Origin: an uncultured cyanobacterium
GTDB lineage: Bacteria > Cyanobacteriota > Cyanobacteriia > Cyanobacteriales > CAWUOF01
Direction of reading: 5' to 3'
Length of the DNA: 64,000 bases
NCBI GenBank assembly: GCA_963744145.1
Contig: CAVUSO010000001.1
Coordinates: 6,112,001 to 6,176,000 of the forward strand
The position numbers and the translations under genes were made by a program. The notes below the pieces were generated by a model, which searched no databases, had not been told where the DNA came from, and saw only the letters and a program-made list of their open reading frames with translations. Position 1 is the stretch's first letter. Each line of letters starts with the position of its first letter. Positions 32,800 through 42,916 of the stretch are shown piece by piece.

Positions 32800-33287
32800 C
32801 AACGGATTTTCAAATTGTTCTTGCTACTCCCTCCGCTACTCTAGCTCTTGGTCAAACTTTGGGGCGATCACTATCTGCGGGTAGTGTAATCTTATTATTA
32901 GGTGAGTTAGGTAGTGGTAAAACGACTTTGGTGCAAGGGTTAGGTGCTAGTCTGGGGATTAATGATCCGATTGTTAGTCCGACTTTTACCATTATTAATG
33001 AATATCTCGAAGGACGTTTACCCTTATATCATCTAGATTTATATCGATTAGCACCACCAGAAGTAATGGATTTACACCTCGAAACCTATTGGTCAGGAAT
33101 TGAGGTAGTCCCGGGAATTATCACCATTGAATGGGCTGAAAAATTACTGGAACGACCTGAAAGTTATTTGGTGGTTAAGTTAAGCTATACTGAGCAGGGC
33201 GATCGCTTGGCTCATTTTACTGCTATTGGTGATCGAGCAGTCAAGATGCTCCAAACTGTAAAGCTTGACCACGCACAGCATGATTAA
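32796..33287 (+). CDS. tsaE: tRNA threonylcarbamoyladenosine biosynthesis ATPase
   Basis: [25 protein letters not shown]. Confidence 0.93.
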   Translation: MTTDFQIVLATPSATLALGQTLGRSLSAGSVILLLGELGSGKTTLVQGLGASLGINDPIVSPTFTIINEYLEGRLPLYHLDLYRLAPPEVMDLHLETYWSGIEVVPGIITIEWAEKLLERPESYLVVKLSYTEQGDRLAHFTAIGDRAVKMLQTVKLDHAQHD

Positions 33288-34575
33288 GTTTACCATGATC
33301 GTAGACAATTTGACCGCCGACGATCGTAATTACTGGCCATCCAGTTAAATTCCACCCCTCAAACGGACTCCAACCACATTTAGTTAATAATTCTGCTCTT
33401 AATACCGGACGGTAGTTGTTTAAATCTACCAAAACCAGATCCGCATCATAACCGGGCGCGATCACTCCTTTGTCAGGAATTTGATATGCTTTTGCTACAG
33501 CAGAAGACATCCAATGAGCTACTTGGGCGATCGTACATCGACCTTGGTCAGCTTGTGTTAACATTAGAGGTAAAGATGTTTCTACTCCGGGCATTCCTGA
33601 AGGACTCTGGGGATAGGGTTGGGCTTTTTCGCTCAGAGTATGAGGTGCATGATCGGTAGCGATGAAGTCAATGATACCATCTTGTAAAGCTTGCCAGAGC
33701 AGTTGATTATCTTCTGGCGATCGCAAAGGTGGATTCATTTGGGCTAAAGTCCCAATCTGATCATAGGCGTTTATATTTAACAATAAATGTTGGGGGGTTA
33801 CTTCTGCGGTTACCCAACTTGGTTTATCCTGGCGCAAGAGTTCGGTTTCCTCACCAGTAGACAAGTGTAAAATATGTAATCTTCTATGATATTTTTTAGA
33901 TAATTCTAGAGCTAACTGAGTAGCTTGTAAGGCTGCTTGATTGTCTTGAATTTGGGAATGTAGTTTTGGGTCATTGACTGATCCAAATAATTCTCTTCGT
34001 TCCTTAATCCGAGTTTGGTCTTCCGCATGGACAGCGATCAAGCGATCGCCCGATGCAAAGATTGCTTCTAGTACCTCTTTCTGATCCACTAATAAGGGAC
34101 CGTGCATCGACCCCATAAAAATTTTAATTCCAGGAGTGGGATGAGCTGCTAATAAATCGGGCAGATTTTCCCCAGTTGCTCCAATAAAAAAGCCATAATT
34201 TACTAAACATTTAGCTGCTGCCCGTTGTAGCTTATCATCTAAATTAGCTTGTGTGGTAGTGAGAGGTTTAGTATTGGGCATCTCTAGAAAAGAAGTCACC
34301 CCACCTTTAGCACAAGCACAACTAGCGGTAAATAAGTCTTCCTTATATTCCAGTCCGGGTTCACGGAAATGTACCTGTGGATCAATCACCCCAGGCAACA
34401 AAGTCAAACTAGATGCGTCTATTTCTATGTGAGGAGTTTTTACTTCTTCATCAGTTATTGTCGGAGTAACCTGGATGATTTTATGACCGTAAGTTTGCAC
34501 ATCCCCAACTAAAAATTCACCACTGGGTAATAAAATACGGGCACCACGGATTAGTAAGTAGGGAGGAGAAGACAT
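33241..34575 (-). CDS. pyrC: Dihydroorotase
   Basis: PGVIDPQVHFREPG, EMPNT, MNPPLR, TDHAPH. Confidence 0.88.
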   Translation of the reverse strand: MSSPPYLLIRGARILLPSGEFLVGDVQTYGHKIIQVTPTITDEEVKTPHIEIDASSLTLLPGVIDPQVHFREPGLEYKEDLFTASCACAKGGVTSFLEMPNTKPLTTTQANLDDKLQRAAAKCLVNYGFFIGATGENLPDLLAAHPTPGIKIFMGSMHGPLLVDQKEVLEAIFASGDRLIAVHAEDQTRIKERRELFGSVNDPKLHSQIQDNQAALQATQLALELSKKYHRRLHILHLSTGEETELLRQDKPSWVTAEVTPQHLLLNINAYDQIGTLAQMNPPLRSPEDNQLLWQALQDGIIDFIATDHAPHTLSEKAQPYPQSPSGMPGVETSLPLMLTQADQGRCTIAQVAHWMSSAVAKAYQIPDKGVIAPGYDADLVLVDLNNYRPVLRAELLTKCGWSPFEGWNLTGWPVITIVGGQIVYDHGKLNHAVRGQALQFGAS

Positions 34576-34725
34576 AGCAACCAGAATAACTACAATGTTC
34601 GGATCATAACCAAATTTTGGGAAAATCTTTGTGCTGATCGGTGAGTTCTAAATAACGACTCTTTCCGGAATCAACCCGTTGATTAAGCTTTATAATCTAT
34701 AACCAACAACCGTCATTAGACAACT

Positions 34726-35321
34726 ATGTCCCTTGTGCAGCAAATGTCAGATAAACATCCCAGTCGAGACTCAGAAAATCCGTGGATAGAAGGACTGAAA
34801 ACGATCGGACTCAGTGCTGTTTTCGGTCCTTTGGAATTCGGACTTTTGTGGCTGAAGCTCGTTATATTCCTTCTGGGTCAATGCTACCAACTTTGCAGAT
34901 CAACGACCGTCTGATTGTAGACAAGTTGAGTTATAAGTTTCAACCACCTCAGCGCGGGGACATTGTGGTATTTTCCCCAACCGAAAAACTTCAGCAACAA
35001 AATTTTAAAGATGCGTTTATTAAACGGATCATTGGTCTACCAGGAGACAAAATCGAAGTTAAGGGTGGAAAGGTTTATGTGAACGACAAACCCTTAGAAG
35101 AAAAATATATAGCAGCTTCACCCGAATACCAATATGGTCCAGAAACTGTGCCGCCTAATTCCTACTTAGTTTTAGGAGATAATCGCAACAATAGCTATGA
35201 CAGTCACTACTGGGGATTTGTCCCTCGGGAAGACATCATCGGTCGAGCGATCGTGCGTTTTTGGCCTTTAAATCGCATGGGAGAATTAGATCCAGCACCT
35301 GTCTATCCTAGCAAAAAATAA
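34726..35321 (+). pseudogene. lepB: Signal peptidase I, frameshifted near 34819-34831 (probable sequencing error)
   Basis: [16 protein letters not shown] in one frame; [22 protein letters not shown]...KRIIGLPGD...[14 protein letters not shown] in another. Confidence 0.85.
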
Positions 35322-35349
35322 ATAGGTTAGTTGAGTCCCACCAGAAGTT

Positions 35350-35420
35350 CTGTACTCCCGGATGTTGAAAGCTAAACAGATTGTCAGATTTCTAAGCAGT
35401 GAAAACTTCCGGGGTCGCAG
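35350..35420. other. Long imperfect hairpin between convergent genes; candidate structured RNA
   Basis: CTGTACTCCCGGATGTT (35350-35366) pairs with AACTTCCGGGGTCGCAG (35404-35420). Confidence 0.35.
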
Positions 35421-35422
35421 TT

Positions 35423-35641
35423 TTAGCCGTGGGGAATTAAATTCCAGAGGGTTTGAGATAGATTGATAATTTCTGACCAAAGTTGATCTGGCTTGATGCC
35501 AAACATTAACTGTAAGATCAGAACGATTGCAGCGATCGCGATCGCTGTGGTGACTGTAGTTTTTACTACTTTGAGTAACCAGGTAAAAACTAGCCACGAA
35601 ATGATTAAGGCGGCTAGAATAATAATTAAATTCAAAGGCAT
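35423..35641 (-). CDS. Small membrane protein
   Basis: 72 aa, two TM segments, FGI.P.QLW motif. Confidence 0.65.
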   Translation of the reverse strand: MPLNLIIILAALIISWLVFTWLLKVVKTTVTTAIAIAAIVLILQLMFGIKPDQLWSEIINLSQTLWNLIPHG

Positions 35642-35648
35642 ATTTTAA

Positions 35649-36857
35649 TTAACGTCCATCACTTACCAAAGAAATGAGTCGATGGTCGGCTGATAATATC
35701 TTACTTGCTTCTAAAACCGCTTGTCGCGCCCATTGATCGGCTGCAATGATATCTGCTAAAGTTGGCTGGGCACAATTATCCGATTGATGGCGATCGCAAA
35801 CTAACTCAATTACTTTCGGAATATCTAAAAACTGAATTTTTTCTTCTAAAAATAATGCTACTGCTTGTTCGTTTGCTGCATTTAAAACAGCGGGCATAGA
35901 ACCACCAGCCCGACCAGCAGCATAAGCTAACTGCATACAAGGATATTTTTGATGATCTGGTGCCCGAAAAGTGAAATTACCAATTTTGACTAAATTTAGG
36001 GGTTCCCAATTAGTATAAATTCTTTCTGGCCAAGATAGCGCATAAAGTAAAGGTAAACGCATATCGGGCCAACCTAATTGGGCTAAAACTGAAGTATCTT
36101 GCAATTCAATTAACGAGTGAATAATACTCTGAGGATGAATCACGATCTCAATCTGGTCATAATCTAACCCAAACAGAAAATGGGCTTCAATTACTTCTAA
36201 CCCTTTATTCATTAATGTGGCTGAGTCTACGGTAATTTTCCGACCCATTGACCAATTGGGATGTTTGAGAGCATCAGCAACTTTGACTTCAGCTAATTTT
36301 TCGACGGGCCAATCCCGAAAAGCACCACCAGAAGCAGTTAGCAAAATTCGACGTAAACTTCCTGAAGGTATACCCTGTAAACATTGAAAAATTGCCGAAT
36401 GTTCCGAATCGGCTGGTAATAATTTTACCCCAAATTGTTCCACCAAGGGATTAACTACTGGTCCACCCGCAATTAAGGTTTCTTTATTAGCTAAGGCAAT
36501 ATCTTTACCAGCTTTAATTGCTGCGATCGTTGGTAATAACCCAGCACAGCCAACAATTCCAGTGACTACTGCTTCGGCATCACCATAACCAGCCACCTCA
36601 ATTATACCAGCTTGACCGGCGACTAGGATTGGTTGGGGTTCTAGATCAGCGATCGCTTCTTTTAGTTCTGCTAATTTCTCTGCTTGAGCGATCGCCGCAA
36701 TTTCCGGTCGAAACTGTCGAATTTGTTGAGCTAACATCGCAACATTACTACCTGTTGCTAATCCCACGATCCGAAATTGTTGGGGGTATTGAGCCACAAT
36801 ATCCAAAGTTTGAGTCCCAATCGAGCCAGTAGAGCCAAGTAGAGTAATAGCTTTCAC
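35649..36857 (-). CDS. dxr: 1-deoxy-D-xylulose-5-phosphate reductoisomerase
   Basis: [36 protein letters not shown]; likely GTG start 36857. Confidence 0.97.
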   Translation of the reverse strand: MKAITLLGSTGSIGTQTLDIVAQYPQQFRIVGLATGSNVAMLAQQIRQFRPEIAAIAQAEKLAELKEAIADLEPQPILVAGQAGIIEVAGYGDAEAVVTGIVGCAGLLPTIAAIKAGKDIALANKETLIAGGPVVNPLVEQFGVKLLPADSEHSAIFQCLQGIPSGSLRRILLTASGGAFRDWPVEKLAEVKVADALKHPNWSMGRKITVDSATLMNKGLEVIEAHFLFGLDYDQIEIVIHPQSIIHSLIELQDTSVLAQLGWPDMRLPLLYALSWPERIYTNWEPLNLVKIGNFTFRAPDHQKYPCMQLAYAAGRAGGSMPAVLNAANEQAVALFLEEKIQFLDIPKVIELVCDRHQSDNCAQPTLADIIAADQWARQAVLEASKILSADHRLISLVSDGR

Positions 36858-36908
36858 AATGGTTAAAGAATTTAGGGGCAACTCTACTATAAATTGGTTG
36901 AGGTTCAA

Positions 36909-37328
36909 TTATTGACAGCGATCGCAAACTCCTTTGACAGTCACCTCATAACGTTCTGCTTGTAGTCCTGCACGTAATTTGCTTAGATCAACATACTCAA
37001 AGGTATTCCAAGGAATATCTTCGATCGCCCCACAACACCGACAACGGAAATGATGGTGAGGATCAACATTAGCATCATAACGAGATACACCTTCTTCTAG
37101 TAGGACTTCTTGGGCTAATCCCGCTTCTCTCAATGCTTGTAGTGCAGAGTATACTGTTGCTTGAGAAGACATGGGTGCATCTTTATTTAGGTCGAGCAGA
37201 ATTTGCTCAACGGTGGGGTGATCATTTCTCGATAACAAATTCGCATATACAGCAAACCGTTGGGGTGTGACACGCAACCCTTTTGATTTTAAAATTTCTA
37301 CAACTGCATTATATGACTGTCGTGACAT
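36909..37328 (-). CDS. perR: Fur-family peroxide regulator PerR
   Basis: GLRVTPQR, HPT, HHHFRCRCCG, GVCDRC; divergent from a peroxiredoxin. Confidence 0.85.
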   Translation of the reverse strand: MSRQSYNAVVEILKSKGLRVTPQRFAVYANLLSRNDHPTVEQILLDLNKDAPMSSQATVYSALQALREAGLAQEVLLEEGVSRYDANVDPHHHFRCRCCGAIEDIPWNTFEYVDLSKLRAGLQAERYEVTVKGVCDRCQ

Positions 37329-37412
37329 AAGCGTTAGATATAAGGCTTGATGTTAAACTTAATTTTTGGTTTCTCCACGATTATAAACGATTAACTTTGG
37401 GAAGGGCAATGA

Positions 37413-37487
37413 CTATAGAATAATTATCTTAATTAAGTAAATATAACTATTGACTAATTATTATCTTGGAATTATTCTGATCTATAG
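37413..37487. promoter_or_regulatory. Putative PerR operator (AT-rich inverted repeat) in the divergent promoter
   Basis: AGAATAATT (37417-37425) ... AATTATTCT (37470-37478), flanked by CTATAG. Confidence 0.5.
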
Positions 37488-37527
37488 TTCTAGTCCGAGA
37501 GTCATTTGTCATTGCTTTGAGGTTCTT

Positions 37528-38100
37528 ATGACCGTTATTACTCATGTTCCTGATGTTGTATTTAAGACCCGCGTTCGTGATGAATCTGTACCTGGACCTA
37601 ATCCCTATCGGTGGCAAGATCTAACTACAAAAGAAATTTTTGGTGGGAAACGAGTGGTATTATTTGCTCTTCCCGGTGCTTTTACCCCAACTTGTTCTTC
37701 GACCCACCTACCCCGATATGAAGAACTGTACGAAGAATTCAAAGCTCAGGGAATTGATCAAATTATCTGTTTATCAGTCAATGATGCTTTTGTGATGTTC
37801 CAGTGGGGTAAACAGCAAGGTGTGAAGAATATATTTTTATTACCAGATGGTAATGGTGAATTTTCGCGCAAAATGGGGATGCTAGTCGATAAATCAAATA
37901 TCGGTTTTGGGCCGCGTTCTTGGCGTTATGCTATGGTAGTCAAGGACGGTGAGATCGAAAAAACCTTTATCGAACCTGGATATGCTGATAACGCCCCATC
38001 TGATCCTTTTGAAGTTTCTGATGCTGATACTGTATTAGCTTATCTCAAAGGTGTACCTCGTGGATCAGCAGTGGCACCTCGGTTAGATTTTGTTGGTTAA
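37528..38100 (+). CDS. Type II peroxiredoxin (Prx5-like)
   Basis: LPGAFTPTCS, SVNDAFVM, RSWRYAM; ATG 37528 after GAGG. Confidence 0.93.
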   Translation: MTVITHVPDVVFKTRVRDESVPGPNPYRWQDLTTKEIFGGKRVVLFALPGAFTPTCSSTHLPRYEELYEEFKAQGIDQIICLSVNDAFVMFQWGKQQGVKNIFLLPDGNGEFSRKMGMLVDKSNIGFGPRSWRYAMVVKDGEIEKTFIEPGYADNAPSDPFEVSDADTVLAYLKGVPRGSAVAPRLDFVG

Positions 38101-38136
38101 ATTTAATTAGGTGTTTTGGTAAATTCTCCTACCTGT

Positions 38137-38206
38137 GTAGGGGTGAAGCATTCGGGCGACAATTGAGCGATCAAACCAGTAATATTATACCCGAATGCTT
38201 CACCCT
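38137..38206. repeat. GTAG-type REP doublet (REPIN-like hairpin)
   Basis: GTAG-GGGTGAAGCATTCGGG ... CCCGAATGCTTCACCC; perfect 16-bp inverted repeat. Confidence 0.8.
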
Positions 38207-38253
38207 TCTTCTGCCCAGATCCCCAAAAATATTCTTAACTAAACCGTATTGGG

Positions 38254-39453
38254 TCAAAAATCTGGGAACCCCATCGCTCTTAAACCTTCACGTAGCTGTT
38301 GAGCTGAGGGTGATTGCTTTTTTTCATGTCGAGCGATCGCTTGTTTAAAAGCGGTTAAACTAGCAGAAACATTGCCAATTTTCAGCAGTACAACTCCGAG
38401 ATTTTGATAAGCTTCAGCATAGTTAGGATCGAGATTAATTGCTTGTTCGTAGCAAGCGATCGCGTCGGTAAACATGCCCAAGTTTTTGCAAGCCATTCCG
38501 AGATTATAATAACCAGCTACAAATTGGGGATCAATTTCGATCGTTTTTTGATAGGCAAATTTGGCACCATGAAAGTCTCCATTTGCTAGTAATAGATTCC
38601 CTAAATTATTATAGGCACCCAGTTTTAATTGGGGTATTACATCGATTTCAATTGCTTTTTGATATGATAATTGAGCTTTTTTGATTTGTTGAATGCGGTT
38701 ATAAGCAATACCTAAATGATAGTAAAGTTCGTATAAGACTGATGGCTCAAGGGATTGAGGATTATTTAAGCCATTTTCTAATAATTTGATCCCTTTAGCT
38801 ACTTCACCAATTTGGACATATAATGCACCTAATTTGCTACAAGCGTAAGCATCAGTTGGGTGTTTAGCGAGATAACCTTCCATCGTAGTTTGGGCGATCG
38901 TAATCTTATCACGAGCAGCAATCACACTTGGATCATAGCCATAGTGTAAAATTGCTACATCAGTCAGAGTACCGATTTGCCATTCTGGTTCCTGTGCTAA
39001 TAATTTGGATATACTATCATCAACCATTGCATGGTAAGGACGCTCAAAATAGATATTAGGATGATGGCGAAATAACCTCGAAACCAGGGAATAGGGAGAT
39101 TGAGCAGCACCAATTTCATGTCGAACTAAGTTAATTAAAATATGGCGATCGCTTTGCATTGCTAGTCTGATTTGGGGGATAATTTCCGGGACTAATACCT
39201 CATCAGCATCAAGAATCAAAATCCACTCACCTTGAGCATATTTTAAACACTTATTCCGGACTTTAGCAAAATCATTACACCATTTACAGTGATAGACCAT
39301 CGCACCGAAACTTCTGGCAATTTCTGGTGTATGATCGGTAGAGCCAGTATCGAGAATAATCATTTCCTCGACCACATTTTGCACACTACTCAAACATTTG
39401 GAAAGTGAGTTAGCTTCATTTTTCACGATCATACATAGACTGAGTTTGATCAT
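38254..39453 (-). CDS. GT2 glycosyltransferase with TPRs
   Basis: LSLCMIVKNE, DTGSTD, LDADE; C-terminal TPRs. Confidence 0.9.
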   Translation of the reverse strand: MIKLSLCMIVKNEANSLSKCLSSVQNVVEEMIILDTGSTDHTPEIARSFGAMVYHCKWCNDFAKVRNKCLKYAQGEWILILDADEVLVPEIIPQIRLAMQSDRHILINLVRHEIGAAQSPYSLVSRLFRHHPNIYFERPYHAMVDDSISKLLAQEPEWQIGTLTDVAILHYGYDPSVIAARDKITIAQTTMEGYLAKHPTDAYACSKLGALYVQIGEVAKGIKLLENGLNNPQSLEPSVLYELYYHLGIAYNRIQQIKKAQLSYQKAIEIDVIPQLKLGAYNNLGNLLLANGDFHGAKFAYQKTIEIDPQFVAGYYNLGMACKNLGMFTDAIACYEQAINLDPNYAEAYQNLGVVLLKIGNVSASLTAFKQAIARHEKKQSPSAQQLREGLRAMGFPDF

Positions 39454-39618
39454 AATGGTATGCTATAATCAATGGGCTAACTGATAGTAATGGTAATTGG
39501 AGCAGGGCAATTTTCCTCATTTGATGTGGTGGTTATACTTACCCCAAAAAATGATAAGTTAAGATTTTACCCTAATTGACCAGATTCAGACCTGAAAAAG
39601 CTTCTCGGAGATGTAATA

Positions 39619-40410
39619 ATGCTGGAGTTGTATCAATTTGAACTGTCCCAATACAGTGAAAAAGTGCGGCTGATTCTGGACTATAAAGGACTAGCGTACC
39701 GTAAAATCGAAGTAACGCCAGGAATAGGACAGCTAGAACTTTTACATCTGTCCGGTCAACGGATGGTGCCTGTACTTAAAGATGGTAACCTATTCATTCC
39801 AGATTCGACAGCGATCGCTAAATACCTAGACCAGCATTATCCAGATCGACCCCTACTACCCACCGATGTCAAACAACGAGCATTGTGCTTAATTTTAGAA
39901 GAATGGGCCGATGAGTTGATCGGGACTAAGAGCCGCAAAGTGTTATTGGGTAGTATTAGTCAAGACCAAAATTTCCGGGCTGCTTTATTACCAGCTTCTA
40001 CTCCTGATTTGATCAAAATCTTAGTGCAATCAGTGCCTTCGGACTTACTCACAACTCTGGGTTTAGGTCTCGGTCTTAGTCCAGAATCACTCAAAGGGGC
40101 AAATGAGTCGATTAAACAAGCCTTAGAAGCACTTTGTTTCTTACTCCAAGATAGTCCATATTTAGTTGGAGAGCAACCAACTTTAGCTGATTTTACGGTA
40201 GCAGGGTTATCCCTATTGCTGAAATTTCCTGATGGTCCGTATTTAGATATACCAGAGACCCTTCGGGGTAAAGGTGTGCCCGGTATTGCGGATAACCCTC
40301 TTTATGAACCATTTTTTACTTGGCGCGATCGGCTATATGCTCAGTATCGTCAACCCCTTCCCTCCACTTCCCAGAGTAATTCTGCTCCGACTTCAATTCA
40401 GATAGACTAA
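39619..40410 (+). CDS. Glutathione S-transferase family protein
   Basis: SQYSEKVRLILDYKGL, VPVL, DSTAI, PTLADF. Confidence 0.88.
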   Translation: MLELYQFELSQYSEKVRLILDYKGLAYRKIEVTPGIGQLELLHLSGQRMVPVLKDGNLFIPDSTAIAKYLDQHYPDRPLLPTDVKQRALCLILEEWADELIGTKSRKVLLGSISQDQNFRAALLPASTPDLIKILVQSVPSDLLTTLGLGLGLSPESLKGANESIKQALEALCFLLQDSPYLVGEQPTLADFTVAGLSLLLKFPDGPYLDIPETLRGKGVPGIADNPLYEPFFTWRDRLYAQYRQPLPSTSQSNSAPTSIQID

Positions 40411-40464
40411 TCTTAGCGATCAGCCCCCATGAGGGGCTGGTGATGATAGGTAAATTAGCATTTA

Positions 40465-40890
40465 GTGATGATCAAAATGTTTTTTTTGGAAAAATTAGCC
40501 AAAAATGTATTGAGAATATTATTAATATTTATCCTGCCATTAATGATTTTAACTAATCCTAATAAAGTGGAATATGTTGTCTTTGCTGGGGCTAAATTTA
40601 AGTTATATGCCCAAGAAGCAATTTGTAATGAAGCTTTATTTAGTCAAGAATGTAATACTATGTTAAGAAATAAATTAGAAACTGAACCTAATTATATTGA
40701 ACAGTTTTTCTTAGAAAAAAGTACCAGAAAAAACTTTTATATATTTAGCATCTATTTAACTAAATTTGATATTGATTTAAAAATTGAAAAATATAAATCT
40801 GTCAAAAGAGCTGATTTTTTATGTATCGGAATTTTGCAAAATTTCGTGATTTTCCAAAAACCGGACTGGGAAGATTTTCCGAGAAATTAA
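40465..40890 (+). CDS. DUF4359-like protein
   Basis: TNP...Y, STRKNFYIFSIY.T, IGILQNF. Confidence 0.55.
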   Translation: MMIKMFFLEKLAKNVLRILLIFILPLMILTNPNKVEYVVFAGAKFKLYAQEAICNEALFSQECNTMLRNKLETEPNYIEQFFLEKSTRKNFYIFSIYLTKFDIDLKIEKYKSVKRADFLCIGILQNFVIFQKPDWEDFPRN

Positions 40891-40941
40891 AGCATGATGC
40901 TAAAGATGGTAAAATTCTCTTAGCTTCTTGGAGACTAAATT

Positions 40942-42162
40942 ATGATTGATATAGTCTTAATGATGATGTTAGGGTTTGTGGGAAGTTTTGGTCATTGTCT
41001 GGGAATGTGTGGTCCACTGACAGTAGCGTTTTCCCTATCACAAAACTCAGCAGCAGAAAAAAGATTTTCTCTTAGTTTTAACATTCTCCTCAACTTAGGA
41101 CGGATCATTAGTTATACCTTGGTTGGTGGTGCAATGGGGGGATTAGGTTCAGTATTAATTGCGAGTGGACAAATAGCGGGAATAGGAAGTGAAATTAGAA
41201 GAGCGATCGCCATTCTAACTGGAATTATATTAATCTGGTATAGTTTAATACAAATTAAACCAAAATTTCTGCCAAATCTACCATTTTTACATCCCTTCAC
41301 CCAAGGAAAATGGCGCGATCGCTTGAATAGAGCAATGACAAATCTTGCTAATCAAAACCAGTGGTATACACCAGCTTTATTAGGGATATTTTGGGGTTTA
41401 ATTCCTTGTGGGTTTCTTTATGTCGCTCAAATTAAAGCAGCACAAACTGGTAATCTCTGGTTAGGTGCAGCAACCATGTTAGCTTTTGGATTGGGAACAA
41501 TACCAACTATGCTAGGAGTGGGAATATTAACATCAAAATTAAGTAGTGATGAACGGAGTCAATTATTTCAGGTGGGAGGTTGGATTACCTTAGCGATCGG
41601 GATTCTGACATTAATGAGAACAGAAGAACATATAGATTACATTGGTCATGGCGCTCTACTCTGTTTAATCTTAGCACTAATTGCCCGTCCAATTAGTAGA
41701 ATTTGGTCGTCACTTTTATATTACCGTCGTGTTTGGGGAGTATTAGGATTTTGCTTATGTCTTGCACACACGATTCAGATGATTCAGCATACATTTAAAG
41801 GCAATTTAACCGCTTTATTGTTCATGTTACCACAGCATCAATTGGGAATTATTGCCGGGATCATAGCTTTAACGTTAATGATACCTTTAGTTCTGACTAG
41901 TAGCGATCGCTGGCAAAATTCTTTAGGAACAATCTGGCGCAAAATTCACTTATTAGTAGTACCAGCATTTATTCTAGCGGTAATTCATACCGTGTTAGTC
42001 GGCTCTCATTATCTGGGTGGATTTCAATTAACAGTTAGCAATAAAATCTTCACAATCTTTTTAGGATTTATTACTGTTGGTGTGTTACTATTCCGATTAC
42101 GTTTTGTTTGGCTCATCTTATCTTTGGAGGATTTTTATGCTGCACCGATCAAATCAAAGTAA
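40942..42162 (+). CDS. DsbD_2/TauE-like membrane protein fused to ferric-reductase-like TM domain
   Basis: GHCLGMCGP, NLGRIISY, GLIPCGFLY; C-half RRVWG...H...LTSSD...WRKIHL. Confidence 0.75.
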   Translation: MIDIVLMMMLGFVGSFGHCLGMCGPLTVAFSLSQNSAAEKRFSLSFNILLNLGRIISYTLVGGAMGGLGSVLIASGQIAGIGSEIRRAIAILTGIILIWYSLIQIKPKFLPNLPFLHPFTQGKWRDRLNRAMTNLANQNQWYTPALLGIFWGLIPCGFLYVAQIKAAQTGNLWLGAATMLAFGLGTIPTMLGVGILTSKLSSDERSQLFQVGGWITLAIGILTLMRTEEHIDYIGHGALLCLILALIARPISRIWSSLLYYRRVWGVLGFCLCLAHTIQMIQHTFKGNLTALLFMLPQHQLGIIAGIIALTLMIPLVLTSSDRWQNSLGTIWRKIHLLVVPAFILAVIHTVLVGSHYLGGFQLTVSNKIFTIFLGFITVGVLLFRLRFVWLILSLEDFYAAPIKSK

Positions 42163-42577
42163 AATTTGGACATTACTATTCTCAATCGGATTTTTAATTT
42201 CTCCAGTTGTTGCCCACGAAATGGAAACTTCCAACGATGTCGGTGTAACTTTTCATATCGATCCAAATCACAATCCTACTGCTGGAATAGCATCCAAAGC
42301 TTGGTTTGCGCTCACTCGTAAAGGTGGTGAAGTTATTCCTTTAGAAAAGTGTGATTGTCATTTAGCAGTCTATCCTGAACCTCACGAAGAAGGTAAAACA
42401 CCACCTTTATTAAAACCAGATCTTTACTCGACCGATGTGGAAAAATATCAAGGTATTCCAGCCGCAGATATCACTTTCCCAAAAGCCGGAACTTATGAAC
42501 TAGAACTAACTGGTGATCCCATAAATAAAGATGATTTTCAACACTTTGAATTCAGCTTTTCTGTTACTGCCCATTAA
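42137..42577 (+). CDS. Secreted hypothetical protein
   Basis: Signal peptide ending VAH; HIDPNHNP, CDC, ITFPKAGTYEL; overlaps the upstream stop. Confidence 0.65.
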   Translation: MLHRSNQSKIWTLLFSIGFLISPVVAHEMETSNDVGVTFHIDPNHNPTAGIASKAWFALTRKGGEVIPLEKCDCHLAVYPEPHEEGKTPPLLKPDLYSTDVEKYQGIPAADITFPKAGTYELELTGDPINKDDFQHFEFSFSVTAH

Positions 42578-42916
42578 GGAAATCAAGCCAAGTATTTCGG
42601 CAGATCAGCATTGCCTGGTAGATTTTTTTTTCTTCATTTATTGTTACATAGTTTGTTTTTTTGTGCCTACCTAATTACGGCGGAGATAACAATACTGGAA
42701 AATCAGAAAATATCCATCTCCAAGGTGGCGAATTTGGTTAACATCAGTTTGACGGACTAGACAAAGCTGAAAAAAGCTGAGACTAGATTTGAAGAATTTG
42801 GTCTCAGCCATGCTTGATATTAGATCACGTCCAACTATCACCCAAATATTTTGTGATCTGGACAAAACTGTACATATTTTGATTGCTATAGTCCCAATGA
42901 ATAGAAAAAATTAGAG

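Noticed and set aside
35380..35400. SRP RNA (GTCAG...AAGCAG resemblance)
   Set aside because: Lacks the conserved CAGG-CC-GNRA-GG-AGCAG core.
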